From Chiloscyllium plagiosum (taxonomy: Eukaryota): a stretch of DNA of 64,000 nucleotides. The notes beneath the pieces were generated by a model, which made no database searches, was not told where the DNA came from, and saw nothing but the letters and a program-made list of their open reading frames with translations. Positions within the stretch are counted from its first letter, which is position 1; the number at the start of each line of letters is the position of its first letter. Shown here piece by piece: positions 36,420-49,578 of this stretch. Where the stretch lies: assembly GCF_004010195.1 (NCBI RefSeq), contig NC_057718.1:93522561-93586560 (forward strand), read 5' to 3'. The position numbers and the translations under genes were made by a program.

Positions 36420-39400
36420 CTGGGGCGGCCGGAATCCTGAGCTGAACCCCAATAGGTGCTTCACACTTGTTGAAGTGTCAGGTTTGATTATGAAAGGACC
36501 AGTTACCCATTGTGAACTTGGACCTTCCACAGACTGTGGCTCATTTCGAGAAAACTACTTCAGGTAGAACTGACCAGAGGATGATGAGACCCTCCTGGGC
36601 TTTGACAGCTGCCGAGGTGGAAGAACCTTCTAGAGTCCACTCCTGGTGCAGGGTCTTCCCATTTGCAGTTAGAGAATAGTGGCCAACATGTTTCCAGGCC
36701 TCATTTCCACCATAGCCCAGGGTGAGTTATCTTACATGCTCCTTGCCTTATGAAATACTTGCCCAGGATGCTGGGCGGGTCACTTGTTAAAACATATGGT
36801 GAGCAGGTCAGAAGTGCCCGCCACTGTTGGCATCTTCCAAAGTTCTAGCGCCCAGCACTTCAGACGCTGCAAGCCAGGGCATGTTGTGGTCGAAGCAGAT
36901 GGTACAAGAAAGAGCTAGAGGTACTGGTGGCTCAGGTGACAGAAAGAAGGTCTGACCTCTTTCCCTGCTCTCTGCAACCAACTTGGTCAGACATGGCCGC
37001 GCAGCTCAGTGCTGTCTGCAGGGATACCCAACAATGTTGGAAGAAGGTCAATGATCTCCTCCACTCTCACGTGGTTAGCACTCACTTTAACTTTGCCATT
37101 GCATAAACATCTTATCACGGGTGAGGGACTGTAGCCCTGACCATCACATGCATCACATCCTTTCATGGCCTCTTAGCCACCTCACCCTCATCAACTACTA
37201 GTCCTTTCTGCCCTCTGCCATTTCCACTTGTTCACTGACTGAGGATACCTCTTCTGCTCCTTGATCTCCAAGCATAGGTTGAATTGCCAAGGTCTTTTTC
37301 CCAGGGTAACGGAATCCAAAACTTGAGGGCACAGGTTAAGGTGAGAGGGGAAAGATTTAAAAGGGACCAAAGGAGCAACATTTTCTTGCAGAGGGTGGTG
37401 CATGTATGGAATAAGCTACCAGAGGAGATTAAATCAGATTCCCTACAGTATGGAAACAGGCTCTTCTGCCCAACAAGTCCACACTGACCCTCCGAAGAGT
37501 AACCCACCTAGACCCATTCCCCATATTTACCACTGACTAATGCACCTAACATTAAGGGCAATTTAGCGTGGCCAATTCACCTAACCTGTGCATTTTTTAT
37601 TGGACTGTGGGAGGAAACCGAAGCACCCGGAGGAAACCCACGCAGACACGGGGAGAATGTGCAAGCTCCACACAGACAGTCACCTGAGGCTGGAATCGAA
37701 CGCGAGTCCCTGAGGTTGTGAGGCAGCAGTGCGAACCATTGAGCCTCTGTGCCGCCCAAGGAGGTGGTGGAGGTTGGTACAATGAGAATGTTTAAAAGGC
37801 ATCCGGATGGGTATATAAACAGGTTTAGAAGGATATGGGCCAAATGCTGGCAAATGGGACTTGATTAATTTAGGATATCTGGTCAGCATGGATGAGTTGG
37901 ACCAAAGGGTTTATTTCCGTACTGTATCTCTCTATGACTCTATGATTCTATAACCACCAATAATGTCTGTCCTCTGCCATTTCCACTCACTCACTGAGAA
38001 TACCTCTGCTACTCCTGGGTCACACACAATCTCTCCCATTGCCTAATTGCAACAGAACCTGGGCTCAGAGTTCCAGGATAGGCATGCGGATTGGCAAAAT
38101 CCTCACTCTCGACAAAGAGAAGATAGTGGAGCTGGTCAGGGAAGACTAGGACTTCCCATGTGCTGATGGGGACACAGCACTGGGCAACCACCTGGCAAAC
38201 TCCATTGTGCTATGCAGGTCTCTCATTATGACCAATGCTCGTTCCTTCTTATTTTGTTGAAATCCTAAATCCATCCTCGCTGATGTGTTCCCTTGCTTCC
38301 CTGTTGCAGGTACTAGTGGTAGCTGAGAAACATACAGCATAAGAGGCCATATCCTGAACCCCTCAGTGACAGCTCCCCCCTCTGAGGAGGAAGCCTGTGA
38401 AACCTCAGGGAACCCTCAAGGTGTTTCGTCTTCACCCTCCCCCAGCACGGAGACTTACACCTCAGTGTGTGCTCCAGACACGGACTTCCATTTGGGTCAG
38501 GGCTCAGAGGACTGTCAGAGACCAGACCCCTGCTCAGCTCCACACAGAGAATGTGCCCCAGCTCTCAGCCAGAACTGACTTGTTCAACTTGAGGAGGCAG
38601 GTACAGGAAGATTGGGCTGGAGGCACTGGAAAAGCTGGGATTAAAGATGGAATCTACCTCAACATTCCCACTTCTGCCTTCATCACGGAGCTTGGAGACC
38701 AAGGGCCTTCCTCTCCTTAGCCTGTCCATTAGGACCGAGGATGACCGTCTAGCACTCTGGGTCCTGAGGTGTCCAAATCTTCCAATGCTGCATTCATCCA
38801 CCCAACCCACTGCTGGTGTAGGGAGGTGGTGTTTGCTGAAGTGGGTGAGATGGGTGTGACATCCAATTTTCACAGGCTCCTTCCCTATGCGTTTTCATCC
38901 TCCGCCTGGGCCCTGTAGCAGAGATGCTCGGAATAGTTGGCTCCTTCAAAGATGTCTTTTCTCCGGATCTTCATCTGGAGAATGGCATTTATCAGCGAGG
39001 ACCTTCCATCAGGCCTCCTGGTAGCCATAAGGAAGTGCGGAACAAATCAGTTGGTTTTGGAAGTCTTGGGTCGGCCACGAGGGGAACAGGGACACCATTC
39101 CCCACCACCTCTCCCCCCCGTCCCCTCAATCAGTGCACCTGATTGATCTGGGAATGTTGACTTGAGAGAAGGTTCTGATATCAGGGCATCTACTTTGCCA
39201 GTGAATTCACAGGATTTTGCATTGCTGTGGAGTCCAGCCCGAATACAATACTCAGCGCCTGCCAAATACCAGAACTCCATGACTTTCAACATACCTGCAA
39301 AGCAATGAAGAAAAAGCATAGGGTGATGATGCACTCTTGGTGCTCCTTCCTCTCAGGGAGATGGGGTGGAGCCTAGAAACATCAATGGGGAGGAGGAGCA

Positions 39401-40140
39401 ACACGTAGGACCCCAATCCCCAACCTTCCCAGAAACCTCTTCTCGGGACACTCCAGAAAATGCCTTGCTCCTTCCACCTATTCTCTGCCAGTGATCCTGA
39501 AGCCTGCATCAGTGCAACCTGAGGAGCATGAACCTAATCTGGGCAGGAAACTCTCACCAGGCCTAGGCCCCCCCCAGGCCCAAAGGTACCAGGATGACCA
39601 ATCAAGTCATGACAGTCAACCAGCGTGCAGGGTTCATTCAGCCCAGTGTAAGTCACGTTCATATGAGCAATGAGGAGCCTCTTTATACAACCCAAGGATA
39701 TAAGACTGTGCACCTTGCACAAGCAACCAACGATTTGACTGCAGATTGACAGAGTCATCTTTGAACCATTGTGTTTGAGGTTAGGCAGTCAAGGTGTCGC
39801 AGCATTAATATGGAGAACACTTATGCCAAAGACAATGTCCAGAAAATGTGTCCAGGGCCTATCCTGCACACATCCTTCCCATTCTCTGAATAAGAGGGTA
39901 GCATCACTCATGATTCCAAGCAGCTCAGCAGGAAAAGCTTGTTCCTTTGCGAGTATTTCAAGGGAACACAGTGAATAGAAAATACAGAACTGCTATCAAT
40001 CCTCAATTCTGCAAAGGCCCATCAAGCAGTTCAGGCAATCTTAAGAAGTATCACGGCCAGAGGTCAGGTGAGAGTTTCAGACTTTGGACAGAAGAAAGAG
40101 CAGTTGAGCCATTGTGTATGATGGTATGCAAAATGTCATT
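36420..40140 (+). mobile_element. PIF/Harbinger-derived remnant with Myb/SANT-like gene fragments (boundaries approximate)
   Basis: 36897-37073 encodes RWYKKELEVLVAQVTERRSDLFP...WSDMAAQLSAVCRDTQQCWKKVNDLL; later ILTLDKEKIVELV (~38100) and a Ser/Thr-rich SPSPSTETYTSV segment (38440-38470). Confidence 0.6.
37272..37950 (+). mobile_element. CR1 3' fragment with a nested HE1 SINE (37430-37757, minus)
   Basis: CR1 ...ctaccagaggag is interrupted by the SINE and resumes gaggtggtggaggttggtac; (tctatgac)n tail. Confidence 0.85.
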
Positions 40141-40929
40141 GTGATTTAACCCTGTCTTAAGACCATAAGAAATAGGAGCAAAATTAGGTCATTCTGACAA
40201 TCAAGTCTGACCCACGATTCAATCATGGCCGACACGTTTCTCAATCCCATTCTCCTGCTTTCTCCCCATAACCCTTGGATCCTTTTACTATTCCAGAACC
40301 CGCTGCCTTAAATACATTCAGTGACTTGGCCTCCACAGCCTTCTGCGGCAATGAGTTCCAGAGATTTCCCCATCCACTGGCTGAAGAAATTCCTGCTCAT
40401 CTCAGATCTAACGGGTCATCCCTTTGCTCTGAGGCTGCATCCCCAGGTCGTTGTCTGCCCCTACTAGTGAAAACATCTTCTTCATATTCAATCCATAGTG
40501 GCCTCTCAGCATCAAAGCAGGCAAGTACCAGTAGCATATTCCATTTCTATAAAATTATTTTGTATTTCCGCTATCTCGGATGATAAAAGAGCCTATACTG
40601 TTAGCCACAGGTGCTGAGCATATGACATCCTCTCAGGCACCAGCAAGGCCATTTTCCTGCATGAACTCTATAATCCCGATGTAACCCTGTGATATCATTT
40701 AAGTTTCTCCAGTTGACATTTTTCCAAAATGGTTTAATAAAAACAGCAGGCTGAAACGTTTGAGATATTTCTGATTCCAACTGGGTCACGCTGGTAAATT
40801 GCTGACTTGAAGTTAGAAATTACTTCACAGATGGGGGACAGGAACGGAAAGCAACTCTCAGTACATCATGTCGAGGAACACTTAGCTTCAAGCTTTAGTT
40901 ATCACTTACTGAACTAACGTGGAGATTGT

Positions 40930-41862
40930 GTTGAAAACAACAAATGCTGGAGATCAACATCCATGCAGAGAGAGCAAGCTAATGTTTCAAGTCTAGGTGA
41001 CACTTCATCAGAGCTACCATGAAGTGTAGAGGGGACAGTATTTATACAATAGTGGGGGGATGGGGTGATGAGTGCTGGGGGACAGAATGTGTTCAGATTA
41101 AGTGATCGGAATGTGAGAATGGCAGAACAATGGTGTGTCTAACTACCAGACTGGAAAGGACACACAGTCCCACTGGGGTGGGGGGAGGGGAGGGAGGACA
41201 GAGAATGTAACAAGCTAAAACAAGGGGAGAAAATGGGAGTGGGTTCACAATTTGAAGACATTGAACTCAATACTAAGATGAGAAGGCTGTAAAATGCCTA
41301 GTCTGAAGATGAGCTGTTGTTCCTCCAGTTACTGCTGTGATTCTTTCATAGAATCTCTACAGTATGGAAACAGGCCATTTAGCCCAACAAGTCCATACCA
41401 ACCCTCAGAGGAATAGCTCACCCAGATCCATTCCCCTACATTTCTCTGACTAATGCACCTAGCTGACACATCCCTGAACACTACGGGCAATTTAGCTTGG
41501 TCAATTCACCTAACCTGCACGTCTTTGGACTGTGGGACAAAACCGGGGCAAACCCACACAGACACTGGGAGAATATGCAAATTCCACACAGCTGGAATTG
41601 AACCCAGGTCTCTGGTGCTGTGTAGCAACAGTGCTAACCACTGAGCCACCATGCCATCTCTGGAATATCGCATCATGCCAAGGACAGACAAGTAGGCAAG
41701 AGGGCAGGACACGGAGTTAAAATGGCCAGCTACAGGAAGGTTGGGGTCTTGCTTGTGCACGGTCTGAAGGTGTTCCACAAAATGGTCATCCAGTCTGTCT
41801 TTGGTTTGTCCACTGGAGAGTAGGTCACATTGAGTGCAGCAAATAGCAGAATTCAGTCGTGC
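40930..41862 (-). mobile_element. Old PLE (GIY-YIG remnant plus pLTR) with a nested HE1 SINE (41347-41656, minus)
   Basis: ORF 41506-41865 has CTQCDLL..GQTK.RL.DHF.EHL..V...DPNLPVAGHFNS. Confidence 0.75.
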
Positions 41863-42616
41863 CATCCTTTTGGTGCACTGTACACCTAAGACAGAGTGAA
41901 ATCACGAATATATTTCAGAAGAGGGTGATACTTGAGGCGGTACTAATCAAAATGAAGTGGAATTGTTTGGAGAATAAAATGCCGTTTTACAACAGAGTGA
42001 AACCTGAGGCATGGAAGTGAGGAGGTGCGTCTGTTTGCACAATACCACACCACTGGTTCCAGAACAATCTGCCTCCCATTCCTGCACCAAATGCCCATCA
42101 TCCCCAGCAGCGATCTGCTCTAGCTTACATCCATCCCGCAAGTGTAAAATTTTCACCATGGTGACCGAGTCTTGCTCGTGTTGAAAATACTAACCTGCTC
42201 CAGCATTGTAGTCCTTGACCAGCCCATCCTTGTGTACCTAGCCTCACTTGTTTTACCTGCCTTTAACATCACCATTGCCAGCTGTACCTTCCACCATCAA
42301 GGTCTCTCATGATGGAATTTCCTCCCTCCACTCTTTCACCTCTCCAAATCCTCACTCCTCTGAGAGGATCCTACCGAAAATCAAGTTGCCCAAGCACCTT
42401 TTGCCCATCCTCATCACGCTTCCTTTCTTTTACATCCATTATACATTAAATCTGGCCACCTTTCTACAATATAAATGCCACATTAATGGAATGTACCTCA
42501 ACTGCATTGTGGATAATCCTGAACCATAGCTTTGACTGGGATTCTCCCGCACTCAAAACAAGACTGGCTTCTTTCAGAAAGTCTTAATGTTGGGCTTTGA
42601 TATACTCAGATGTCAG

Positions 42617-42845
42617 TCGAGAGTGTGGTGCTGAAAAAGCACAGCCAGTCAGGCAGCATCTGGGGAGCAGGAGAATCGATGTTTCGGGCAAGAGCCCTTC
42701 ACCGGGAATGAGGCTCAGGAATGATGAAAGGCTTTTGCCCAAAACGTCCATTCTCCTGCTCCTCGGATGCTGCCTGACCTGCTGTGCTTTTCCAGCACCA
42801 CACTCTCGACTCTGATCTCCAGCATCTGCAGTCCTCACTTCCTCC
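42617..42845. mobile_element. Inverted PLE pLTR pair
   Basis: 16-bp TSD tatactc(a/g)gatgtcag at 42601-42616 and 42846-42861. Confidence 0.88.
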
Positions 42846-43304
42846 TATACTCGGATGTCAGATACAAACCCAAAATCTGAGCCGTGATGGGCTTTGCAGA
42901 TGACACCAAGCTGCACTATGCCTTCAGAAATCCTGCAGATGTAACACAGCATTGCGAGGTCTGGACAAGTCTCTCAGTTCCAGGAGAGAATTCCTGTTTA
43001 CAACCTGTCTGATCCGTCATTGTCAAGCCTGTTATCCTCCCTGAACACTGCCTCCTACTGGCTGATTGTCACATACAGGAATACCAGAGAAGTGGCAGAG
43101 ACTGCCTGGAAGTGGAACATGGGACTGCTGACTTCAGAAAACATCTGAATTATCCTTTTCATTTTGTTGTGCATACTTAAGCCACACACTCCCTCCTTAC
43201 AATATCTTATCCTGATATCAAGCAAAGGCTTTACGGTCAATTTTGCTCCAAATGCTTTGCCCTGTAATAAGCAATAAAATAATTTTTTGCATGTCGTATG
43301 TTTA

Positions 43305-43830
43305 GAAACATAGACAATAGGTGCAGAAGCAGACCACTTGTCCCTCCAAGCCTGCTCCGACATTAAATGTGATCATAGCAGATCCTTCAACTCAGTCCCC
43401 TGTTCTCACCTTCTCCCCTTACCCTCCGATTTCTTTAGTTCTGAAGCTGTATCTAACTCCTTCTTGAAAACATTCAATACTTTGGCCTCAACCATTGGGT
43501 GAGCAAATTTTACCTCATGCCAGCTTTAAATGGCCTCCTTAGATTTTGACCCTATTTCTGGACTCCCCAGTCATTGGGAACATTCTACCTACATTTAACC
43601 TGTCTTGTCCTGTTACAGGGTTCCATAACATCCCACCCTCAGTCTGTCTTCATTCGTCAGTCCTACCATCCCAGGAATCCATCTGGCAAACCTTTGTTAT
43701 ACTCCCTCCTTACCAGAAGACCCTTCCTCAGGTAAGGAGACCAAAACTGCACAAAAACACTCCAGGTGTGGTCTCACTAAGGCCGTCTACAATGCAGCGA
43801 GAAATCTCGGCTCCTGTACCTGAATCCTAA
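43305..43830 (-). mobile_element. CR1-group 3' fragment
   Basis: tagaaacatag tail and degraded 3' UTR/RT. Confidence 0.6.
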
Positions 43831-44349
43831 ATCACTTCACAATGATAACTATTGAAATAGGAATCCTGCTGCTTTGCACACTGCAAGTTCTCACTAATAG
43901 CAACGAACCAAAGTTCAGACCGTTTATTCTGGTGGGTTTGGACAAGGAAAAAACATTGGCTGGAAGAAAAACACCCTGGCTGCCTTTTTGAACACCATGG
44001 GACTTTTTACGTTCCTATAAACAGCATCGCTGTTCAAAACGTACCCAACGGGCAGCACCCCCAGCAGTGTGGCACTCCCTTTCTACCTCTCATAAGTATC
44101 TGCCAACATTATGTAACCTTGTCCCTGGAACAGGTCTTAACTCCATGCTCTGATGTCAAGGCCAAGATTGCTACATCTGGCCCAGGCCACTATTGAGTGG
44201 GTTCTTGTCTGTGCAGCATCCTGCTCATTCAATGCATTTCACAATATTGACACTCAGATTTAGAATTTTCCTGAGATTTGGCTTCCTTTTCCAAAAATAA
44301 AATAACGAACCGCAGCCATATAAAATATTTCTTACAGATCTTACAGATT

Positions 44350-44785
44350 TATAAGGAAGTTGGACAAGCTAGGACTTTTTTCTTTAGAGCGTGGAGACTG
44401 AGGAGGGGGGGGTGGGATTATAGAGGTGTATAGGATCATGAGAGGCATGGATAGGATGAATGCACTCAGTCTTTATCTCAGGGTTGGGGAATTGAGGATG
44501 AGAGGGCATCAGTTTAAGGTGAGAGGGGAACGAATAAAAAGGAACCTGAGGGGCAATGTTTTTATACAGAGGGTGGTATGCATATGGAATGAGTTGCCAG
44601 CGGAAGTGTTTGAGCAGGTACATTAGCAACATTTAAAAGGTATTTGGACACATGCTTGGATGGGAAAGGTTTAGAATGATATAGGCTAAGTGCAGGGAAA
44701 TGGGGTTAGTGTGGAAGGACATTTTGGTAGGCAGTTTAGGCCAAATGGCCTGTCTCCATGCTGTAGGACTCTATGACTCTATGGA
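44350..44785 (+). mobile_element. CR1 3' fragment
   Basis: YRIMRGMDR...FIQRVVCIWNELP; (ctctatga)n tail. Confidence 0.85.
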
Positions 44786-45929
44786 TCATGGGTTCACACA
44801 GAAGATGAGAAAGTACCACATGAGCATTGCTCATTGCATATTTATTAATGATTCTGAATATTGAAATGCGGTACAGAAGTCTTTTTATATGAAAATATCA
44901 AAACTGTTTTGAAAGCCAGGAATCTGGAATGTAGAAGGCCAGTCAACCCAATACCCCTCCTGCTTTCACACATCCATTTCACTCAACCTTTCAGGATCAC
45001 TAGCTTGATTTTCTAAAGGGAAGTTCCGCATAGCTATACCATGATTCCCAACCTTTGTGAAGCTTTAATGAACCCAAATTTAATTTTCCGCAAATATTCA
45101 ATCTTGAACTTTAACCCTTCATTGATATCCCACCACAGAGCCTGATGTAAGAAGAATAGCTGCATCTTGAGGTAATTGATCATTTCTTTTTGAGCGATTT
45201 ATGAAGGTTAACAATAGCAGTTCAGTGGTTAGCATTGCTGCCTCACAGCACCAGGGACCTGGGTTCAGTTCCACCCTTGGGCGGAATGATGAAGGGCTTA
45301 TGTCTGCAACGTCGATTCTCCTGCTCCTTGGATGTTGCCTGACCTGCTGTGCTTTTCCAGCACCACATTCCTGACTATGGTCTAATCAAATTGTGGGGCA
45401 AGTTTAGCATCAATTGCCTGCTTTTCAGCTTAACTTGCATCGAGCTTTTGAACAAACTGGAGTGGCCACAGTCAGAGACAGTGGTGAGGGATGGACTGAC
45501 TCCATGGTGAGCAACATTCCCTTTCAGCGGTACAGTTGGCAGGATTGGCACATGCCGGTTGGTGTACTGACACATCGTTGCCATGCACAGACCCCGGAGG
45601 TGCAGAGCGAAAAAGAGCTATCACAGGGAACATCGATGGGGAGTATGTAGCAGGGCATTGAAGACAATGGCTCCGAACTTGCCAAATACTTGAATGGGGG
45701 AAATTTCTGCTCGTCCGGCTCCAGATTAAGACACATAGTCTGGAAACTTAGAGACAGAGGAGGGACGGAGAGGGTGGTGTTGATTTCAAACTGAATGTCA
45801 TTCCTGCTCCACCAAGTAATATTGATATCACCCTGTAGTGTTTTCTTTCAAGTTCACTCATGGAATGTTGGCATTGCATGGCCCTTATTGTCCATCCCTA
45901 GTTGGCCTTGAGCTGCCTTCTTGAACCAT

Positions 45930-46260
45930 AGATAGGGTAAATAGACAAAGTCTTTTCTCTGGGGTGGGGGAGTCCAGAACTACAGGGCAGAGGTTTAGGG
46001 TGAGAGGGGAAGATATAGAAGAGACCTAAGGGGCAATCTTTTCATGCAGAGGGTGGTGTGTGTGTGGAATGGGCTGCCAGGGGAACTGGTGGAGGCTAGT
46101 ACAATTGCAACATTTAAAAAGCATCTGGATGGGTATATGAATAGGAAGGGTTTAGAGGGATATGGGCCTGGTGCTGGGACTAGATTGGGTTGGGATATCT
46201 AGTCAGCATGGATGAGTTGGACTGAAGGGTCTGCTTCAGTGCTTGTACATCTCTATGATT
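45930..46260 (+). mobile_element. CR1 3' fragment inserted into another LINE tail
   Basis: Interrupts gccttcttgaacc|ctgcagtccatgtgctgta. Confidence 0.8.
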
Positions 46261-46371
46261 CTGCAGTCCATGTGCTGTAAGTTAACCCACTTGGGCTCAG
46301 AGCTCCAGGACTTTGACTCAGCAACAGTGAAGGAACTGCAATACTGCTTATTAAGACACTAATCTTTTTTT

Positions 46372-46707
46372 TAGAATTACTACAGTGTGGACACAGGCCT
46401 TTTGGCCCAACAAGTCCACAGTGACCCTCTGAAGAGTATCCAACCAAATCGATTCCCCAATACTCTACATTTACTCCCAACTAATGCACCTAACCTACAC
46501 ATCCCTGAACACTATGGGGCAATTTAGCATGACCAATTCACCTAACTTGCACATCTTTATACTGTGGGAGGAAACTGGATCACCCAGAGGAAACCCACAC
46601 AGACACGGGGAGAATGTGCAAACCCCACACAGACAGTTGCCTGAGGCTGGAATCGAACTTGGGTCCCTGACGCTGTGAGGCAGCAGTGCTAACCACTGAG
46701 CCGCCAT
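46372..46707 (-). mobile_element. HE1/V-SINE
   Basis: Full head, V-domain and tail. Confidence 0.9.
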
Positions 46708-48204
46708 GCATTTATTTCCAAGACTGAATGGTGAGGGGTTTCTGTGGGGGACCAGTCAGTTGGTGGGGCTCTCAGCTATCAGCTGGCTGCTTTAAGAAGG
46801 ATGCTCGCTCTGGACAGTTAGAGATGGACAACAATTTTAATACAGTTCCATGAATGTATGAAAATAAATTATACTGGGAGTGATGTAATGCTGTCTTTGG
46901 CCTGCTAATGCATTGCTCCAGCCAGGCACAACCTGTAAAAATTAGGCCTTATTCATGTTCTGATGGTTAAATCAATTGCTTTTCCTTGTGTCTGCCTCCC
47001 ACTGTTCTGGCAACAAAAGTCCTTTCAATGTCTAGTTTATGTCCTTCTCATTCTGTGCACACAGTCCAAGTCAAATAGGCTGCTTACATTGGTGTCATTT
47101 AATTTCTCCCAACGTTTGAGAAAACTTGGATCAAGTCCTTCTGCAATCTAAACAGTGGAGTTCCGTGAGAAAACCGTCAAAATTCTGTGGGTACTGAAAA
47201 TTTCAAATTCAAGCAAAAAAAAAATTGGAAATACACATCAGGCCAGGCGACATCTGTGGAGAGAGATACAAAGTTAATGCACAGAGTTAGGGACATCTCT
47301 TTAGAATGATTCTGAGTCCTACTCCAGAACTTTGGACTCATCAATACAACTGCATCACCTTTCTCTGCATCTTCTGTAATGTATCAGTGGTTTGGATTTT
47401 GCTGCTAAAATAACAGAAGTCAATTGTAACCCAATGACTAATGGGCAAATAGCTCAGTAATCTTTGGGGAGGAAATGATAGACAATGATTTGCAATTTGA
47501 CACACATTTCGGGATGATTTGCTGGAATCTTCCATGAGTCTGATGGAAATGGCAGCAAAATCTTCCCATAATATTCATGACCTTACTGCCTATTTACATG
47601 AATTATGAACAAAGCCACCACAGAAAATTAGGGCTGTTACTTAATAGACTGGGTTTGTTTGTGAGGATGTTTCTGATCCCACACTGCCACAGAATTCCTA
47701 GTCCAACAGAGGAACAGTTCAAACTGTGGACTCTCATTCCTACAGCCAGTCAGTGAATTGTTGTTAGAGATTTGTTAAATGTTACATTTCCACTCTTCAC
47801 TTGGTGCTCTGTTGGCACACTGTCTCGTGTCCCTGCCCCTCACACAGAAAGTCTGGTCTTGTGTTCTCATCTAGGATCTGATAACCAATAAAGATTTGTT
47901 TATAACATGTCAACTGTCAGATTGCAAATCCTTCCAACACACACTAATGGCAGATAGTAGGAGGGGACAGGGAGGGGAAGAGATCCCTAGTCTGCCATGA
48001 GATGGAAGGAATATTAGAGCCTCCATGGTCACTATCCATAGCCCCAGTTGACAACACAAATGTAATGTGCTTGTTGCCACAGGAACATAGTCTGCTTAGG
48101 GACCAATCTATTGGATAGCTAGTGTGGATCAGATTGGTGAATTCAATCCCTGTTCTGGCTGGAGTGAATTTGGTGCCTTTCTCTTTGCCCGATCCATTGT
48201 TGCT

Positions 48205-49578
48205 GCAACCGACAGGGTACCCTTCGTTGTCCAGTACTTCCCAGGAGCCGAAAAACTGCACCATGTTCTTCATGACCTGCAACACATTATCAATGAGGAT
48301 GAGCACCTCGCCAAGACCTTCCCCACACCTCCACTGCTTGCCTTTAAACAACCACCAAACCTCAAACAGATCATTGTTCGTAGCAAACTTCCCGGCTTTC
48401 AGGATAACTCCATACAATCCTGTCATGGTAGGCACTACAAGACGTGTCAGAGTGTGGACATAGATACCACCATTACGTGTGGGGACATCTTCCACCATGT
48501 ACACGGCAGGTACTCATGTGACTCAGCCAACGTTGTTTATCTCATACGCTGCAGGCAAGGATGCCCTGAGGCATGGTACATTGGTAAAATCGAGCAGAGG
48601 CTATGGCAAAGGATGAATGGGCACCGCACAACAATCAACAGACAGGAGTGTTCCCTCCCAGTTGGGGAACACTTCAGCGGTCCAGGACATTCAACCTCAG
48701 ACCTTCGGGTTACCATCCTCCAAGGTGGACTTTGGGACAGGCAGCAGCGAAAAGTGGCTGAGCAGAGGCTAATAGCTAAGTTCGGTACCCATAGGGAGGG
48801 CCTTAACCGGGACCTTGGGTTCATGTCACACTACGGGTGACCACCAATGCACGATAAACACACACACACACTCCTATATGCACACACACACATACAGACA
48901 CTCCTACAGACACACACAGGCACTCCTATACACACACACTGCTATATACACACACGCACACACACGCAGACACTCCTATACACAGTCACGCACACACTCT
49001 CCCATACGCACACATGTACCCTCTCACAGACTTAGACCCCTTGACACTCACACACCCATATACACTCTCTCACAGACACTCACAACCCCCCCACCCAGAC
49101 ACACACACACACACACATTTGTGGGGTGACTTTGTACTTGCAGATTTACATTGCACTTTGCCAAAAAACTGCATGAATCCATGTAAGACTCTGTTAACTC
49201 ATTTTTTTAGATTAGAATCAGTCTAAACATTATGGCACAGACAACAGCACACAGGGGGCTAACACCTTCAACACATTATCTGGGCTGACACCAATTGTTA
49301 AAGTTCATCTGAGACTATAACTTTTTAAAAGGTTTTGTGATTTACATATGAAAGAAGTGAAACTAACATGGTCATTCTAACAGATGAGAGACTTAACAAA
49401 CAATTAAGGTATTTTTCAATGTATCATTTCAGTTACATCACACTGTAAACTTTTGCTATAAATTCTGTGTCTTACAATTGTGTCCTCCACAACCACCTGA
49501 TGAAGGAGCAGCGCTCAGAAAGCTAGTGCTTCCAATTAAACCTGTTGGACTATAACCTGGTGTTGTGTGATTTTTAAC
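48205..49578 (+). mobile_element. Penelope-like element, 5'-truncated: open GIY-YIG frame, (CA)-rich spacer, pLTR
   Basis: ORF to 48840: DRVPFVVQYFPG...PPNLKQIIVRSKL...CDSANVVYLIRC..GC..WYIG...RMNGHR...LPVGEHF..GLNRD; hammerhead-like ctgatgaaggagcagcgctcagaaagcta at ~49498. Confidence 0.92.

Noticed and set aside
39300..39800. Harbinger DDE transposase on the minus strand
   Set aside because: Only faint similarity (WLL..G); too degraded to call by eye.
48124..48840. 238-aa ORF as a host nuclease gene
   Set aside because: It is the GIY-YIG half of a 5'-truncated Penelope element; the N-terminal ~27 codons are flanking DNA with a GTG start.
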